Below, piece by piece: positions 60,421-62,601 of a stretch of 62,601 bases of DNA. Position 1 is the first letter of the stretch; every line of letters begins with the position of its first letter. Origin of the DNA: Vicugna vicugna (Eukaryota). The DNA is taken from positions 3,123,696 through 3,186,296 of the forward strand of contig MU058540.1 of assembly GCA_013265495.1 (NCBI GenBank), given 5' to 3'. The notes beneath the pieces were generated by a model. The model did no database searches. It was not told the origin of the DNA and saw only the letters and a program-made list of their open reading frames with translations. A program made the translations under genes and the position numbers.

Positions 60421-60678
60421 TATTGCTAACCTTTATTTTGCCTAAAGCCCACTTCATTCACTTAAATTTGGTAAAAATTGACTTTAATCATGACCTTTTT
60501 GTTGGGACTTTTGTTCTTTTCCTTCATCAACAAATGTTGGATAAAGTATTCATCCAAGGAAAAGGGAGACAAGGTATAAATAACTGAAAAGTTGATTAAT
60601 AAAGAAAATATAAAAAAATTAAAAAGCAAACACATGATTGTCAGATAAGTGGAATAGACAGTGAAACAATGCTTGGAG

Positions 60679-60957
60679 GACATAGAAAAGAAACTATGGT
60701 TACCAAAGAGGAAAGGGTGGGGAAGGATAAATTAGGAGTTGGGGATTAACAGACACATTACTATATATGATACAGATAAATAACAAGGACCTACTGTATA
60801 GCACAGGAAACAATATTCAATTTCTTGTAATAACATATAATGGAAAAGAATCTGAAAAGGAAAAATATACATGTATGTATAACTGAATCACGTGCTGTAC
60901 ACCTGAAACTAACATTGTAAATCAATTACACGTCAATGAAAAATTAAAAAAAAAAAG
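60679..60957 (+). mobile_element. Artiodactyl-type L1 3' end (L1_Art/L1-2_BT-like) with TSD
   Basis: ctatggttaccaaagaggaaaggg...ataaattaggag...aacaaggacctactgtatagcacagg...ataactgaatcac...acacctgaaactaacattgtaaatcaa plus poly(A); TSD aatgcttggag at 60668-60678 and 60958-60968. Confidence 0.9.
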
Positions 60958-61249
60958 AATGCTTGGAGTTTGTTTAGCAAACTGGAGTGGAACTTCAACT
61001 GTGTCCTGAAGTCTGGAAAGACTTTAAATAAAAGTGAAGAGAAGAGGGCATTCTCAGAACAGGTTGACTGCCTCTACAAAGGCAGAAAGTCTGAAAAGTG
61101 CCAGGTGAGTGGGAACAAGTGACAATAGTCCTAGAGGGCTTATGAAAGAAAAGGGAACACAGAGGGGATGGAAGTGGGCACATACACTTATACCTGATAT
61201 CTTAGTACCAAGGACAGTTTTAGACCCTAGTAAGAGGAATATTTTGAAC

Positions 61250-61400
61250 GCTCAGGAGCTGAATTTGGGTCATCTCATCTCTTCCTCCCTTAGCTGTTGT
61301 ATGACCCTGTGCCATCCTATTTGTTTCATTTTCCTATCTGTAAAAAAGGGAATCATTTTTGTTCCCTTGGGTTTTCTCCTAGTCATCAAAAATGAATGAG
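61250..61400 (+). mobile_element. MIR relic
   Basis: ttagctgttgtatgacc...cattttcctatctgtaaaaaagggaatca...aaatgaatgag. Confidence 0.65.
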
Positions 61401-61779
61401 TTAGGCCACAGTACACAAACAAAAGGAAAATATGTAATATTTTATAAGAGAAATTCATAAAAGTTATGAAATATTTGGGCATCTTTATAAAACAAGCACT
61501 GTGGAAACCTTTAAATGAAACATTTAAATTCATTAATGACAGCAGCTATACAGATCCTCAGACCTCCTTATTTTTCCTTTAAATGGCAGAAACTTGAAAA
61601 AAATTAGACGTAGTTAGCTTTCAGTTACTTGGGCCCTGACAATTCAATTTATGGATTACATAGAATTTTAATTTACTCATTTCACACGTCTTAATCAACT
61701 CTAGGTGAAGTTTAAAAGGACAAAGGATGGAAGTCGAATTGGTCAGTTTTCCGTGTTATTTACAAGGGGGCAGCAGGGA

Positions 61780-62601
61780 GAGGGGAGATATACTCTGAAT
61801 CAAGACTTGGGGCAGCCAATAATTGCTAGTATTGCCAGACCGGTAATAACAGGCTGATGAAAAGGTGAATATAACGTGAAAACCCTGATTAAATCAAGCG
61901 AGTCCTTCCACCCTCGGTATAGATGAGAAATTTTCCTCTCTCTCCCGCCCTCTCAGAAGGGCCTGCAACAGCATCTGGCATCACAATACTAACATTTGTT
62001 TCGTGATTTCCTCTTTATCGGGCACTCTGACACACATCACTTCTTAGGAATCAGGACCGATTCACTGGAACCTTTCTGCATTTTAAAAATAAAAATCTGC
62101 TAGGGAATCTGGGGGATGTGTTAACTGTGATCTGGATCCCTCCCCTCGAGTGAGGGGAGCTCTCCCCGTTTTATTCCAGGCCTATGACACCTCCACTCCC
62201 TCCGTGAAGCCGCCGTGACTCACATCTTGCATACCCTTCGCCCCCCACGCGCCCCCAACACACAAACCTCGGAGGACCAAACCCGAGCCCACAGCGCGTG
62301 GTCAACCCGCCCAAGCCGACTTGGAGGTCTCGCGTCTGAGTCACACAGAAAGACCACCCTCGTCGGCATCACACCCCCCTCCCTCGTCCCTCACACCCCG
62401 TCGCGCCGGCCGCCCGGCCTCCCCGCCTGATACACCACGCCCGTCGTCTCTGCGCAACTTGTTATGCTCCAGCTCGAGCCCTTGACCCAAAAACCCCGAG
62501 AAACAGAGAGCCGCAGAGCCGGCCTCGGGCGGCCTTTGATGGCTTTGTTATTGTTTGGGTTTGAATCGATACGCCCCTCCCCATCCTTCCTCCCTCGGGG
62601 C
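61780..62601. promoter_or_regulatory. 5' flank and start of a CpG island; probable promoter of a gene beyond the window end
   Basis: Repeat-free, CpG density rising from ~62200; CCAAT 61816; AP-1 TGACTCA 62216 and TGAGTCA 62337; GLI-like GACCACCCT 62353; TCF/LEF CCTTTGATG 62533; SOX-type CTTTGTT 62543 and ATTGTT 62550. Confidence 0.7.

Noticed and set aside
10523-62540. Window-wide enrichment of TCF sites (CTTTGAT at about 7-8 positions)
   Set aside because: About 8 occurrences of a 7-mer are expected by chance on two strands of 62 kb; only the clustered TCF+SOX strings were kept.
61780-62601. Naming the downstream gene
   Set aside because: No coding exon lies in the window and I do not reliably recognise the promoter; any symbol would be a guess.
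1-62601. CRISPR arrays, prokaryotic systems, miRNA hairpins, snRNA/rRNA copies
   Set aside because: The sequence is mammalian. I saw no regularly spaced repeat-spacer array and no mature miRNA, snRNA or rRNA sequence that I recognise; an Rfam/miRBase scan was not possible.

Overview
Mammalian, apparently intergenic DNA with five short N gaps. I find no supportable protein-coding gene, tRNA/rRNA gene or CRISPR array. The species is probably a camelid (camel/alpaca), inferred from ~120-bp tRNA-derived Vic-1-type SINEs and a camelid-type L1 3' end. Much of the window is recognisable interspersed repeat: many MIR and L2 relics, L1M/L1 3' ends, hAT-Charlie MITEs (MER3, MER5, Charlie1), Tigger-like MITEs, MaLR/ERVL solo LTRs and CR1/L3 relics. 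Several younger L1-mediated insertions keep their target-site duplications. CpG-rich unique segments at about 8.8-9.3, 22.5-23.0, 44.0-44.7 and 47.6-47.8 kb look like enhancers or minor promoters. The last ~800 bp are the start of a CpG island carrying AP-1, GLI-like, TCF/LEF and SOX motifs, probably the promoter of a regulated gene just beyond the window, which I cannot name. The most unusual signals are a set of canonical plus-strand splice cassettes (44.4, 47.7, 48.5, 58.3 kb), suggesting a possible spliced lncRNA or distal 5'-UTR exons, and a ~110-bp inverted-repeat element at 47.65-47.76 kb that forms a GT-AG mini-intron on both strands. These are hypotheses; no clearly novel biological system is demonstrated. 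Repeat family names come from recall of consensus sequences, and repeat boundaries are approximate unless a TSD fixes them.
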